Positions 19,641-29,091 of a DNA stretch of 45,619 nucleotides are shown here, one piece after another. The notes beneath the pieces were generated by a model that was not told the origin of the DNA, made no database searches, and saw only the letters and a list, made by a program, of their open reading frames with translations. The stretch is from NCBI GenBank assembly GCA_029246845.1, contig JAQWMJ010000036.1:1-45619 (forward strand). The letters run 5' to 3'. A program made the position numbers and the translations under genes. This DNA is from Thermodesulfobacteriota bacterium. GTDB lineage: Bacteria > Desulfobacterota_D > UBA1144. The stretch's first letter is position 1. The number at the start of each line of letters is the position of its first letter.

Positions 19641-20782
19641 TATCTATCAACATCCCCAAAAACCGGATCTAATGAACCCAATATTACTACGGAATCTGCA
19701 ATAAATGTTCCAGGCAAAAGTTTCTCCACCAACGAAAGATTTGAAAAAGATGGAGCTCTGATTTTCATTCTGTATGGGATAGCAGTACCATCAGAAACAA
19801 TAAAAAATCCAAGCTCTCCTCTAGGAGATTCAATAGAAAAATATGAGGACCCTTTGGGAGGCCTAGTTAATTTCGGGCTTTTTAATGGTTTACGTGAATG
19901 AATATCTCCAGATGGAATCCCTTCAATGATCTGCTCAACAATTCTGAGTGATTCTATATTTTCCTTCATTCTGACAATTGTTCTGTCGTAAGCATCACCA
20001 TTTGTTCCTAGGGGGATATTGAAATCAAATTCCGAATAGCACTCGTAAGGCTTATTCTTTCTTACATCAAAATTAATACCTGAACCACGAACTATCGGTC
20101 CTGATCCACCAGATTCTTCGGCAAGTTCTTTTGATATGATTCCAATATTTTGAGTTCTTTTCATAAATATTTCATCTTTTGAAATCATATTAGCGTAGTC
20201 CTCAAGGACCGGTCTTAATTCTTTAACTAGTTTTCTTATTTTATTTATTGATTCGGTTTTTACATCATATCTGACACCGCCAATTTGATTCATATTGGTA
20301 TGAAATCTTGTACCTGTAAGATCTTCCATGACATCAAGGATTTTCTCTCTTTCTCTGAAACAATAAAGAAAAAGACTAGCTCCTCCACCAAGTGCTCCAC
20401 CCAAATCCAATCCATATGTACCAAGAGCTACCAAATGAGAGCTTATTCTTTGTAGTTCTGCAACTAAGACTCTTATATATGATGATTTTCTAGAAACTTC
20501 AATTTCACAAATTTTTTCTACAGCATTTATAAAACCAAGAGAATTTGAAGTAGGTGAGAGGTAGTCATCTCTTTCAAGCACAGGCGGTAATTGATCATAG
20601 GTAAGTTTTTCAGATAATTTTTCTACTCCACGATGCAAATATCCTAGAAAAGATTCAATTTTGTTTATTCTTTCTCCTTGAAGATATAACTTAAGTCTAA
20701 AAACACCATGAGTCGAAGGATGTTGGGGACCCATATTGACAGCTAAATCACCAAAGTCTTTCTCTATAATTCGGTCTTCCAT
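19640..20782 (-). CDS. nuoD: NADH-quinone oxidoreductase subunit D
   Basis: Motifs [28 protein letters not shown]-terminal GDVDR; no NiFe CxxC motifs. Start moved to the ATG at 20782 (MEDRIIEK). Confidence 0.96.
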   Translation of the reverse strand: MEDRIIEKDFGDLAVNMGPQHPSTHGVFRLKLYLQGERINKIESFLGYLHRGVEKLSEKLTYDQLPPVLERDDYLSPTSNSLGFINAVEKICEIEVSRKSSYIRVLVAELQRISSHLVALGTYGLDLGGALGGGASLFLYCFREREKILDVMEDLTGTRFHTNMNQIGGVRYDVKTESINKIRKLVKELRPVLEDYANMISKDEIFMKRTQNIGIISKELAEESGGSGPIVRGSGINFDVRKNKPYECYSEFDFNIPLGTNGDAYDRTIVRMKENIESLRIVEQIIEGIPSGDIHSRKPLKSPKLTRPPKGSSYFSIESPRGELGFFIVSDGTAIPYRMKIRAPSFSNLSLVEKLLPGTFIADSVVILGSLDPVFGDVDR

Positions 20783-21765
20783 TTTTCGTATTCCTTCCGT
20801 GTAGGGCGATATGGATAAAAATGAGCATCCATTACGTACTCTTTTCTTAGTGGGTGCCCAATCCATTCATCAGGCATCATTATTCTTTTTAAATTAGGGT
20901 GTCCATTAAAGCTTATTCCAAATAAATCAAAAACCTCTCTTTCCTGCCAATCGGCTCCAGAGTAGATATCTGACAGTGAGTCTATTGTTAAGTCTTCACC
21001 AAGCTCTATGTTAAATTCAATGTCTTTATTTTCAGTGTTATTTCCTAGCAAGTATGTTAATACAATATTTGAATCGAAATCAGTAGCAGTTATAAATTTT
21101 AAGTATGTAAAACCATCATCTTTAAGTTTTTGTGAGAAATCTAGAATTTCTCTTTTATTAATAAACTTTGATTCTATTACATTCTTGGACTTTTTTATTG
21201 GTTTGGTAACTTCTAGAGGTGAGAGAGTCTTATCCTGAGTTGGAGGGGAACTGTTAAAGGTTGGAGAGGTCTCTCCTTTTGCTATAATTTTTTGGAGCTC
21301 TAATATTCCATCGATAAAAGCTTCCGGGGTAGGAGGACATCCAGGTACATATACATCAACTGGAATTACCCAATCCACTCCGGGAACGACGCTATATATA
21401 TGTCTGTAATGATCACCCGAAATAGCACAGCTACCTGCAGCAATGACCCATTTAGGACCTGCCATTTGATCATAGAGTGTTTTTATTCTTTCTGCCATCT
21501 TAACTGTTACGGTCCCAGCAACTATCATTAAGTCAGCTTGACGTGGAGAAGCACGAGTAATCATTCCCAAGCGATCTAAATCATATCTTGAGGAGAAAGT
21601 AGCCATCATTTCTATTGCGCAACATGCTAAACCAAAGGAAAGGGGCCAAAGACTTGATTTTTGTGCCCAATTAAAGAGATCTTCAGTACTAGATATAAAC
21701 AAATTTGCCCCAGGAAGCTTCATAAAGGAGCCTATATCTTTCAATGATTTATTTACATTTCCCAT
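20764..21765 (-). CDS. nuoBC: fused NADH-quinone oxidoreductase subunits B and C
   Basis: NuoB part ([22 protein letters not shown]), then a Pro/Ser/Thr/Lys linker, then NuoC part ([27 protein letters not shown]), all in one ORF. Confidence 0.93.
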   Translation of the reverse strand: MGNVNKSLKDIGSFMKLPGANLFISSTEDLFNWAQKSSLWPLSFGLACCAIEMMATFSSRYDLDRLGMITRASPRQADLMIVAGTVTVKMAERIKTLYDQMAGPKWVIAAGSCAISGDHYRHIYSVVPGVDWVIPVDVYVPGCPPTPEAFIDGILELQKIIAKGETSPTFNSSPPTQDKTLSPLEVTKPIKKSKNVIESKFINKREILDFSQKLKDDGFTYLKFITATDFDSNIVLTYLLGNNTENKDIEFNIELGEDLTIDSLSDIYSGADWQEREVFDLFGISFNGHPNLKRIMMPDEWIGHPLRKEYVMDAHFYPYRPTRKEYEKWKTEL

Positions 21766-22115
21766 TCAAGATATCCTTTTTTATATGCATAAATCCATCC
21801 AATAAATAAAATTATCAAGAACGTTATAAATGAAAAGTACGACCCTTGTGTTGGCTCAGCAAGATTTAATATCCAAGGAAATATAAAGACGAGTTCAATA
21901 TCAAACAGTATAAAAATTAAAGCAATTTTGAAATATGAAATAGGAATTCTTTTCCATGAAGTTTCAATGCTAGGTTCTCCGCATTCATAAATTGAATTTG
22001 AAACATTTTCTTTTTTACCCAATATAAATCTAATGATTTTTGAAGTTAAAATCATTAAAATTGGCAATGAAATTAATGCCAAGAAAACTATAATAAAAAA
22101 AGGATATTCTGCCAT
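21753..22115 (-). CDS. nuoA: NADH-quinone oxidoreductase subunit A
   Basis: Motifs YECG, FILFDIE, KKGYLEW. Confidence 0.95.
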   Translation of the reverse strand: MAEYPFFIIVFLALISLPILMILTSKIIRFILGKKENVSNSIYECGEPSIETSWKRIPISYFKIALIFILFDIELVFIFPWILNLAEPTQGSYFSFITFLIILFIGWIYAYKKGYLEWEM

Positions 22116-22174
22116 GCTCTACGACTTATATTTTTAACTAATTATTAGTTAAAAGCAATTCTAAAATATGTTTT

Positions 22175-22513
22175 TTAACCACCTAATTGTTTGCTAATTA
22201 TGAGGTTGTAGACAAAATCTATAGTATTGTTAATTTCATCAAAAAAATTATCAATTAGCTCTTTGTGATCTTTTGAGCTAATGCCAGCAGATTCATTAAT
22301 CTTACTGCATAAAATTTCATTATTAGCTTTAATTCTAGTGATTATTTCATCTAAATCTTCAGCTGACATTGAGTTTATAAGTGCAATATCTTGTATATCT
22401 ATCTTCAATCTTTTTATTTCGTTATTTATTAGGGGAATTGAAGACGAAATAATCTCAGGATAATCATTAAAGCTCCTTTTGAATATATCTATAATGATAT
22501 TTTGATTACTCAT
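22175..22513 (-). CDS. hypothetical soluble helical protein
   Basis: 112-aa ORF overlapping the M42 gene end and co-oriented with nuo. No motif recognised. Confidence 0.65.
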   Translation of the reverse strand: MSNQNIIIDIFKRSFNDYPEIISSSIPLINNEIKRLKIDIQDIALINSMSAEDLDEIITRIKANNEILCSKINESAGISSKDHKELIDNFFDEINNTIDFVYNLIISKQLGG

Positions 22514-23546
22514 CTTTAAATTTATGGATATTTAAGATTCCTGCTGTTAATAATTTTATTGTAGAGGTAACGTCTTTAAGAAGACAAACCGAGCTTGGAC
22601 TGTGCAGATACCTAACAGGAACTGATAGAACAGTAGCCTTAGAGCCCTTACCTGTAACCTGAAAGGCTGTAGCATTAGTACCACCAGCGTTTTTTGCAGT
22701 CAATTGAAAATTTATTTTTTTCTTATTTGCGGTATCTTGTAAATAATTGTTAAAGCCCCTATCAGCAATTAAATATTTATCAGAAATTCTTATCTCTGGA
22801 CCATTACCCAGGTGTGCTAGCTTCTTGTGGGCTGGTATACCAGGCAAGTCATTTGATACAGTGCCTTCGAGAGCTATCGAAAAATCTGGATTAACATTAG
22901 AGTTGATAATTCTCGCTCCTCTTAGTCCCATTTCTTCTTGAACTGATGCAGATACGTAAAGATTACATTTCAAACTTTTTTTATTAATTTTTTTAATTGT
23001 TTCCAATAGAACATATAGGCCAATTCTATCATCTAAAGATTTTGAAAGAATCCTGTCATTGTCAATTACGCAATCTGTTGAAAACGTAACTTGATCGCCA
23101 ATCTTAATAAGTGCCCGTGTCTTCTTCGCACTAATCCCGGTATCAATTAGGCAATCTTCGACGGGTGTTGCTCCAGTTGCGACTTTATCTGATATGTGTG
23201 GTGGAATCGCTGCAACAGTAGCTTCTATTTGAGTCTTACCCCATATAGTTAATCTTTGGCCATAAAATAATTTTGGGTCAATTCCACCAAGCGGTATAAC
23301 TCTTAACATTCCATTTTCCTCAATATGAGAAATAATAAATCCCACCTCATCCATGTGAGCATCAACAAGAATTGTAGAAGCGTTAGGAATTGTCTTATTG
23401 ACCTGGAAAATTAAATTACCCATAGAATCTTTAATATAGCTTGTACATGAATTTTCAATTTCTCTAATTACTATTTTAGATATTTCATCTTCACAGCCTG
23501 GAACTCCAGGCGTATTACACAACTCTTTGATTAATTCATTACTCAT
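22506..23546 (-). CDS. M42-family metallo-aminopeptidase (TET/FrvX-like)
   Basis: Motifs DAHMDEVG, KSLDDRIG, VQEEMGLRGA, RYLHSP. Start placed at MSNELIK (23546). Confidence 0.92.
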   Translation of the reverse strand: MSNELIKELCNTPGVPGCEDEISKIVIREIENSCTSYIKDSMGNLIFQVNKTIPNASTILVDAHMDEVGFIISHIEENGMLRVIPLGGIDPKLFYGQRLTIWGKTQIEATVAAIPPHISDKVATGATPVEDCLIDTGISAKKTRALIKIGDQVTFSTDCVIDNDRILSKSLDDRIGLYVLLETIKKINKKSLKCNLYVSASVQEEMGLRGARIINSNVNPDFSIALEGTVSNDLPGIPAHKKLAHLGNGPEIRISDKYLIADRGFNNYLQDTANKKKINFQLTAKNAGGTNATAFQVTGKGSKATVLSVPVRYLHSPSSVCLLKDVTSTIKLLTAGILNIHKFKDE

Positions 23547-23629
23547 GACTATTATTATATATAAAATATTAGACAATGAGAAAATACTTTTTTTTTTGAT
23601 AAAAATAAAAAATCAGTTTAAATATTAGT

Positions 23630-23872
23630 ATGAATACTCCACTAAATAATAACATTAATGAATACCTCGTTTGCTCAGAATGCCAAAAAGAGTTCGAATC
23701 TGGTATGACAGATTTTGGCACTATGAAGGAATATTCTAAGATAGATGCTGGCTTTACTGATTTTGGTTTTCAAGTTTGGTGTAGAAGGCATGATCATAAT
23801 GTTTGTCATATTAATTTTGAGGGCAACGATCTTAGCACTGATTTAAGATGTATAGTTGCTTCTTCAGATTAG
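23630..23872 (+). CDS. small Cys/His-rich hypothetical protein, possibly metal-binding
   Basis: 80 aa with CSEC, WCRRH, VCH and a C-terminal Cys; fills the gap between two genes. Confidence 0.7.
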   Translation: MNTPLNNNINEYLVCSECQKEFESGMTDFGTMKEYSKIDAGFTDFGFQVWCRRHDHNVCHINFEGNDLSTDLRCIVASSD

Positions 23873-23882
23873 CTAGTTACTT

Positions 23883-24287
23883 TTAGCCTGAATATTCAAC
23901 AAAGTTTCTAGATGTTTCATATAGACAAATTTTCAAAGCGAACTTTTGGTCTATTTTTTTTCTAAGAATATTCCATATAATAATTGCTATGTTTTCTGCA
24001 GTTGGGTTCAAATTCTTGAACTCTTCGGTATCTAGATTTAAATTTTTATGATCAAATCTTGATTCAATCTCAATTTCGATTAATGTACTTAATTCCTTCA
24101 TATCAATTAAATAACCTGATTCTTTGTCAAGCTCACCAGAAACTGTGACATCTAAATCGTAATTATGGCCATGATAATTTTCATTATTACAAAGACCAAA
24201 AAATTCTCGATTTTTTTCCACTGACCATTTGGGATTATTTAGCCGATGTGCGGCATTAAAGTGAGATTTTCTAGTTACTGATATCAT
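23883..24287 (-). CDS. 6-pyruvoyl-tetrahydropterin synthase / QueD-family protein
   Basis: Motifs FNAAHRL, CNNENYHGHNY, DHKNLN, PTAENIA, YET. Confidence 0.92.
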   Translation of the reverse strand: MISVTRKSHFNAAHRLNNPKWSVEKNREFFGLCNNENYHGHNYDLDVTVSGELDKESGYLIDMKELSTLIEIEIESRFDHKNLNLDTEEFKNLNPTAENIAIIIWNILRKKIDQKFALKICLYETSRNFVEYSG

Positions 24288-24289
24288 TT

Positions 24290-24670
24290 TTATCTCTGAA
24301 GTAGCTCAATTTTATAACCATCGGGGTCCTCTATGAAAGCTAGTATAGACTTACTTCCCTTCATCGGCCCTGGTTCTCTAGTTATTTTACCACCTTTTTC
24401 TCTTATTTCTTCACAAACTGCATAAATATCGTCAACTCCTATTGCGATATGTCCAAAAGATGTACCCATTACGTATTCATCTACTCCCCAATTATAAGTT
24501 AACTCTAGAAATGGCTCTTTGTCTTCAATATCGAAGGAAAGAAAAGCCAATGTAAATTTACCACCGGGATAGTCACTTTTTCTAATTAGTTTTAGATTTA
24601 GTATCTCTACATAGAATGAAATTGATTCATCAAGATTAGCAACTCTGAACATAGTGTGAAGGAATTTCAT
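24290..24670 (-). CDS. gloA: lactoylglutathione lyase (glyoxalase I)
   Basis: Motifs LHTMFRV, LELTYNW, FGHIAIGV, EDPDGYKIEL. Confidence 0.95.
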   Translation of the reverse strand: MKFLHTMFRVANLDESISFYVEILNLKLIRKSDYPGGKFTLAFLSFDIEDKEPFLELTYNWGVDEYVMGTSFGHIAIGVDDIYAVCEEIREKGGKITREPGPMKGSKSILAFIEDPDGYKIELLQR

Positions 24671-24714
24671 TATATAAATTTTAATTTACACTTCTTATTA
24701 AGTAAAGTTATAAA

Positions 24715-25326
24715 ATGAAAGAGTCTTTGATAGTAAAGCATTTAGGAAAGTCGTTTAATCAAGTTAGTATCTTTTCTAATATTAGCTTTAATCTATCGCC
24801 AGGATCTGTTGTAAGCCTAGAAGGAATAAATGGGTCAGGTAAAACAACATTAATGAAGATTATTGGCTCACAAATTTTGGATTATAGTGGAGAGGTTTTA
24901 TTAGGAAATAAGAATATTAAGGATTATGGCTCCGACTTGTTCAGCAATATTTATTATTTATCTCCCTTTCCAAATTTATATGAATATCTTACTTTAAATG
25001 AAAACATAAGTTTTTTCTCAAACTTAAATGATATTCAAAATATTCAAAGTACTAACTCTTTGATTAGTAGTTTTAATTTAGATAAATATGCTTTAAATAA
25101 GGTGCATGAACTTTCGGATGGAACTAAAAAGAAAATTTCAATTTTAATTTCTTTTCTGGTCAGCCCGGACTTCTTCTTATTGGATGAACCATACACTTAT
25201 CTTGATAGTCACTCAATAAAAATACTTAATAATCTCATAGAACAGTCTTCTAAAAAAGGAAAGTCCTTTTTGATAGCAGATAATTCATCAGGAATATTAA
25301 ATTTTACAGGATCAGTGGGGTTATAA
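24715..25326 (+). CDS. ccmA: heme exporter ATPase CcmA (divergent)
   Basis: Walker A GINGSGKT, degenerate signature LSDGTKKK, Walker B LLDEP; first gene of the ccm cluster. Confidence 0.8.
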   Translation: MKESLIVKHLGKSFNQVSIFSNISFNLSPGSVVSLEGINGSGKTTLMKIIGSQILDYSGEVLLGNKNIKDYGSDLFSNIYYLSPFPNLYEYLTLNENISFFSNLNDIQNIQSTNSLISSFNLDKYALNKVHELSDGTKKKISILISFLVSPDFFLLDEPYTYLDSHSIKILNNLIEQSSKKGKSFLIADNSSGILNFTGSVGL

Positions 25327-25329
25327 AGT

Positions 25330-25992
25330 TTGAAAAATTTTTTCAAAATATTTATCTTAATTCTAAAAAAAGATATTTTAGTCGAGACAAGAGAGAAACT
25401 CAATTTGGTATATCTTTTAATTCTATCTCCAACACTTTCTCTTATAGCTTTTGTTTTTATTGGGTCCGACAATCCGACAGCTCTATTCTTCTTTACTTCT
25501 TTAATTGTTGCACTATTAGCAAATCAGAGAGTTTCCAGGCAAGAAGTTTCTTTGGGGGGCGACTTGATACTTATTTCAGCTCCATGTGACTTATCTATAG
25601 TGTGCTTTTCTAAGATTTTATTTTTTATATTAATAAATATTTTTATTAATTTTATTGTTTTTATAACTTTATCGCTTATTTCGGAAGATATTTTTTTAAA
25701 TAGTATAAATTTTCTAACATTATGTTTTCTTTTTTCAGTAGGAATTTCATCTATTCTATCTACTTTTTCTTTAATGCTAGAGAGAATAAAAGGTGAAGGT
25801 CATTTTATGTTCATGCTAATTTATCCTCTAATCCTTCCTTTTTTGCTTCTCAGTTATAATTCGATACCTTTAATTGATTTATATGGAGGCGAGGGCTTCT
25901 TCTCCTCCTTTTCTTTGCAAGCTTTAATAGCTTTTGATATACTTCTTTTGACTATTTGCCCAATACTTTTCAGTTATTCTATAAGAAGGTGA
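25330..25992 (+). CDS. ccmB: heme exporter permease CcmB
   Basis: KKDILVETR N-terminus, about 6 TM segments, YPLILP; lies between ccmA and ccmC. Confidence 0.8.
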   Translation: MKNFFKIFILILKKDILVETREKLNLVYLLILSPTLSLIAFVFIGSDNPTALFFFTSLIVALLANQRVSRQEVSLGGDLILISAPCDLSIVCFSKILFFILINIFINFIVFITLSLISEDIFLNSINFLTLCFLFSVGISSILSTFSLMLERIKGEGHFMFMLIYPLILPFLLLSYNSIPLIDLYGGEGFFSSFSLQALIAFDILLLTICPILFSYSIRR

Positions 25993-25995
25993 TTT

Positions 25996-26628
25996 ATGTT
26001 TTTTTTTCTTAGAAAGTATTCTTTTATTCTTTTTGTGATATTTATGACTTTGAGTCTCTATATGACTTTTCTATACGCTCCGAAAGAAAAAATCATGGGA
26101 GATGTGCAACGAATATTTTATTTTCATATGGGCTATGTTCTCGTTTTCACTTTAGCTTTTACAATGAATTTGATATATTCAATCAAGTTTCTAAGGAATA
26201 ATAAAGAAATTGACTCAAAATTAGCTTATATACATGCCGAAATTGGAACACTTTTTACATTTCTTACCTTAGTTTCCGGGATGTTTTGGGCTAAGCCTGT
26301 TTGGGGTACTTGGTGGACATCTGACCCTCAATTAACTACAACTTTAATACTTTTCATTCTTTATTTTAGTTATCTTGTTTTTCATAAATTAGCAGAGAGG
26401 TCTGGTGTTCCAAGATACTCCTCAGTTTTTGCAATAATAGCCTTTATTGACTTACCTATTGTTTATATTTCTGTCAGAGTAATGAGAGGAATATCACCGG
26501 TTGTTTTTGGTGGTGAGGGTGGTGGAATTTCTAGCGAGATGATGGACACCTTGCTTGTAACTTTTGCAGCTTTTTTCTTTTTTTACTTATATTTGTTGGA
26601 CTTAAGAATTAAGCTAGATAAAATATAA
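25996..26628 (+). CDS. ccmC: heme exporter CcmC (divergent)
   Basis: QRIFYFH and a WWD-like motif SGMFWAKPVWGTWWTSDPQLTT. Confidence 0.92.
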   Translation: MFFFLRKYSFILFVIFMTLSLYMTFLYAPKEKIMGDVQRIFYFHMGYVLVFTLAFTMNLIYSIKFLRNNKEIDSKLAYIHAEIGTLFTFLTLVSGMFWAKPVWGTWWTSDPQLTTTLILFILYFSYLVFHKLAERSGVPRYSSVFAIIAFIDLPIVYISVRVMRGISPVVFGGEGGGISSEMMDTLLVTFAAFFFFYLYLLDLRIKLDKI

Positions 26629-26649
26629 TTCGAAGTTAATATAATTGTC

Positions 26650-26763
26650 ATGAACTTTGTTATTGATTCTTTAGAATATCTTTTTTATTCCCAACTAGCT
26701 TTCTGGGTAATAATGTTAATTTATCTCGCTTATATTTCACGAAAGCTGAATGGTAAAGATTAA
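26650..26763 (+). CDS. ccmD: CcmD-like small membrane protein (37 aa, not in the ORF track)
   Basis: Translates as MNFVIDSLEYLFYSQLAFWVIMLIYLAYISRKLNGKD*: one TM segment plus a basic tail. Lies between ccmC and ccmE; its TAA overlaps the ccmE ATG. Confidence 0.75.
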   Translation: MNFVIDSLEYLFYSQLAFWVIMLIYLAYISRKLNGKD

Positions 26764-27179
26764 TGTCTTCACCTAAGAAAAAAATTAAAATATTTGTAAT
26801 TGTTCTACTTTTATTTTTTTCATTTCTTATATTCAAAGCTGTGGAGTCCTCACTAGTATATTACTTAACTGTTACCGAAGCCCTCGAAGCAAAGTCCCAA
26901 AGTCAGATTAAGAGGTTAAGAGTCTCTGGAATAGTTGAGAAAGGGTCAATTAAGAAAAATCTTGATGGCTCTATAGAATTCAATATCACTGATTTTAATA
27001 AGATAATACATGTCCAGTATAAAGGCGAAATTCCTGATATATTTAAAGATGAAATTGAAGCTGTTGTAGAGGGTAGTTTGGTAAACAAAACATTTATTGC
27101 AAATAAACTTTTTGCTAAATGTCCCACAAAATATGAGGACGAACCTGTATTAAACAACAAGGTAAGCCTTGCTAAATAA
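26763..27179 (+). CDS. ccmE: heme chaperone CcmE, Cys-type (CxxxY)
   Basis: Motifs VYYLTVTE, LRVSG, YKGEIPDIFK, VVEG, AKCPTKY. Confidence 0.94.
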   Translation: MSSPKKKIKIFVIVLLLFFSFLIFKAVESSLVYYLTVTEALEAKSQSQIKRLRVSGIVEKGSIKKNLDGSIEFNITDFNKIIHVQYKGEIPDIFKDEIEAVVEGSLVNKTFIANKLFAKCPTKYEDEPVLNNKVSLAK

Positions 27180-29091
27180 TATTGGAGAAACAGTACTTTT
27201 TATTTCCTTTCTATGTGGTCTTGTAGGCCTAGGATCTTTCTCTCTAGGCGCACTAAAGAAGGATGATGCTCTTGTGGTAGTTGGCGAGCGTTCAATAGTC
27301 GTAATTTTTTCCCTTCTAACTTCAGGAGTCTTTTTATTGATCTATCTCTTGGCAACCAAGGATTACTCTAATGCATATGTAGCCAAAAATGTGAGTAACG
27401 ATTTATCTTTTATTTATTCTATTGCTTCGTTGTGGGCAGGACAAGAGGGATCACTTCTATTGTGGTCTTGGATACTTTCAACTTATACTTTGGTTCTTAA
27501 ATACAGCAAGCCTTATAAGACTCTCTTATGTTCAACTCAAGGTATTACGCTTTTTATTCTAACTTTCTTTGTTTTTTTAATAGTCTTTATAGAGAGTCCT
27601 TTTGAAGTTTTAAAGGATGTTCCTCTTAATGGTAGAGGCCTGAACCCTATATTGCAAAATTTTTATATGGCTATTCATCCACTGACCCTATACGTTGGAT
27701 ACATAGCCTTAACTATTCCATTTGCATTTGCCCTTGGCTCTATATTGTCGAAAGATAAAACTGATAATTGGGTTACTAGGTCTAAAAAATGGACTTATTT
27801 TAGTTGGATTTTTCTTTCTACTGGACTCTTACTTGGCTCTAGGTGGGCTTACCTAGAATTAGGGTGGGGTGGATATTGGGCATGGGACCCTGTTGAGAAT
27901 GTCGCTCTAATGCCATGGTTAGCTTTAACTGCTTTTCTACATTCATCAATGGCTCAAGAAATGCGAAGTTTATTGAGAAGATGGAATATATGTCTTATTT
28001 TTCTTGCATTTTTTCTTTCAATCTTTGGAACATTCATTACTAGAAGTGGCTTGATATCGTCAGTACATTCCTTTGCTCAATCCAGTATTGGACCTTATTT
28101 TATTGTATTTATTATCTTTATCGTTTTATTTTCACTATTTATGTATCAGAAAAATAAAAAAATTATTTCGTCTGAAGAGGATATTGTTTCTCTTTTATCA
28201 AAAGAAAACTTCTTAATTTTTAATAATATATTCTTTCTAATAATAACCCTGACAGTTTTCCTAGGAACGGTTTTTCCTATTATTTCCGAGGCAATTACCG
28301 GAGAGAAGATACTTGTTGGACCTACTTTTTATGATCTTGTGAATTTTCCTAATGTATTACTTTTGATGTCTTTAATGTCTGTAGCACCAATAATTCCATG
28401 GAAAAGTGCTAAATTAATTACTCTTTTAAATTATATCCTTAAACCAATATTGGTTTCAGCAGCGCTCACTATTTTGTTTGGCTTTATATTTAGCAGCATC
28501 AAAGTCCTATTAGTATTATTTCTTTCTTCTTTTGTAACAATTGTTATTCTCCAGGATTTATTTATTGATTTTAAGATGCAACTTTCTAGAGGGTTAAGGT
28601 TTAATGAAATACTAGATAAGAAATCAAGACGATATTGTGCCTTCTTAATACACTTCGGGATTATCCTACTTATTGTGGGCATTACTTTGTCTTCTGTTTA
28701 TGGAACTAAATCAGATTTTATATTATCAAAAGGTGAGAGCTCTGTAATTAGCAAGTATAAAATTGAGTTAGTCGACACTTATAGAAAGGAAAGTGAGGCA
28801 AAAAGTATTTTGGGTGCCAAATTGATACTTTTTGATCAAGGTAAAGCCTTTACTTTATTTCCTGAGCAAAACATATACAAATATGAAGGAAATAGAAGTA
28901 TTAACAAAGAGACTGAAGTGGCGATCTATAATACCTTGAGAAAGGATTACTATATTATTCTAATAGATGAACTAGAGGATGGAAGATTTAACTTTAAAAT
29001 GTACATTAATCCATGGGTATCACTTTTATGGATTGGAAGTTTAATATCAATATTTGGTGGAATAGTTATCATAATGAAGAGGAAAAAATAA
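27169..29091 (+). CDS. ccmF: cytochrome c heme lyase CcmF
   Basis: Motifs WAGQEGSLLLW, AIHP, WGGYWAWDPVEN, TAFLHS, SVHSF, LIHFG, INPWVSLLW. Confidence 0.96.
   Translation: MLNNIGETVLFISFLCGLVGLGSFSLGALKKDDALVVVGERSIVVIFSLLTSGVFLLIYLLATKDYSNAYVAKNVSNDLSFIYSIASLWAGQEGSLLLWSWILSTYTLVLKYSKPYKTLLCSTQGITLFILTFFVFLIVFIESPFEVLKDVPLNGRGLNPILQNFYMAIHPLTLYVGYIALTIPFAFALGSILSKDKTDNWVTRSKKWTYFSWIFLSTGLLLGSRWAYLELGWGGYWAWDPVENVALMPWLALTAFLHSSMAQEMRSLLRRWNICLIFLAFFLSIFGTFITRSGLISSVHSFAQSSIGPYFIVFIIFIVLFSLFMYQKNKKIISSEEDIVSLLSKENFLIFNNIFFLIITLTVFLGTVFPIISEAITGEKILVGPTFYDLVNFPNVLLLMSLMSVAPIIPWKSAKLITLLNYILKPILVSAALTILFGFIFSSIKVLLVLFLSSFVTIVILQDLFIDFKMQLSRGLRFNEILDKKSRRYCAFLIHFGIILLIVGITLSSVYGTKSDFILSKGESSVISKYKIELVDTYRKESEAKSILGAKLILFDQGKAFTLFPEQNIYKYEGNRSINKETEVAIYNTLRKDYYIILIDELEDGRFNFKMYINPWVSLLWIGSLISIFGGIVIIMKRKK

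Noticed and set aside
20783-20866. N-terminal extension of NuoD in the ORF track (similarly for pyrG, M42, cobA, uvrB, rpsO and TauE)
   Set aside because: These come from longest-ORF calling; downstream starts fit the family N-termini and RBS positions better.
12656-22115. Group 4 [NiFe] hydrogenase, Mrp antiporter or 2M-type complex I interpretation
   Set aside because: NuoD lacks the Ni-binding CxxC pairs and keeps the quinone-site His/Tyr residues; nuoA, J and K are present; there is only one nuoM.
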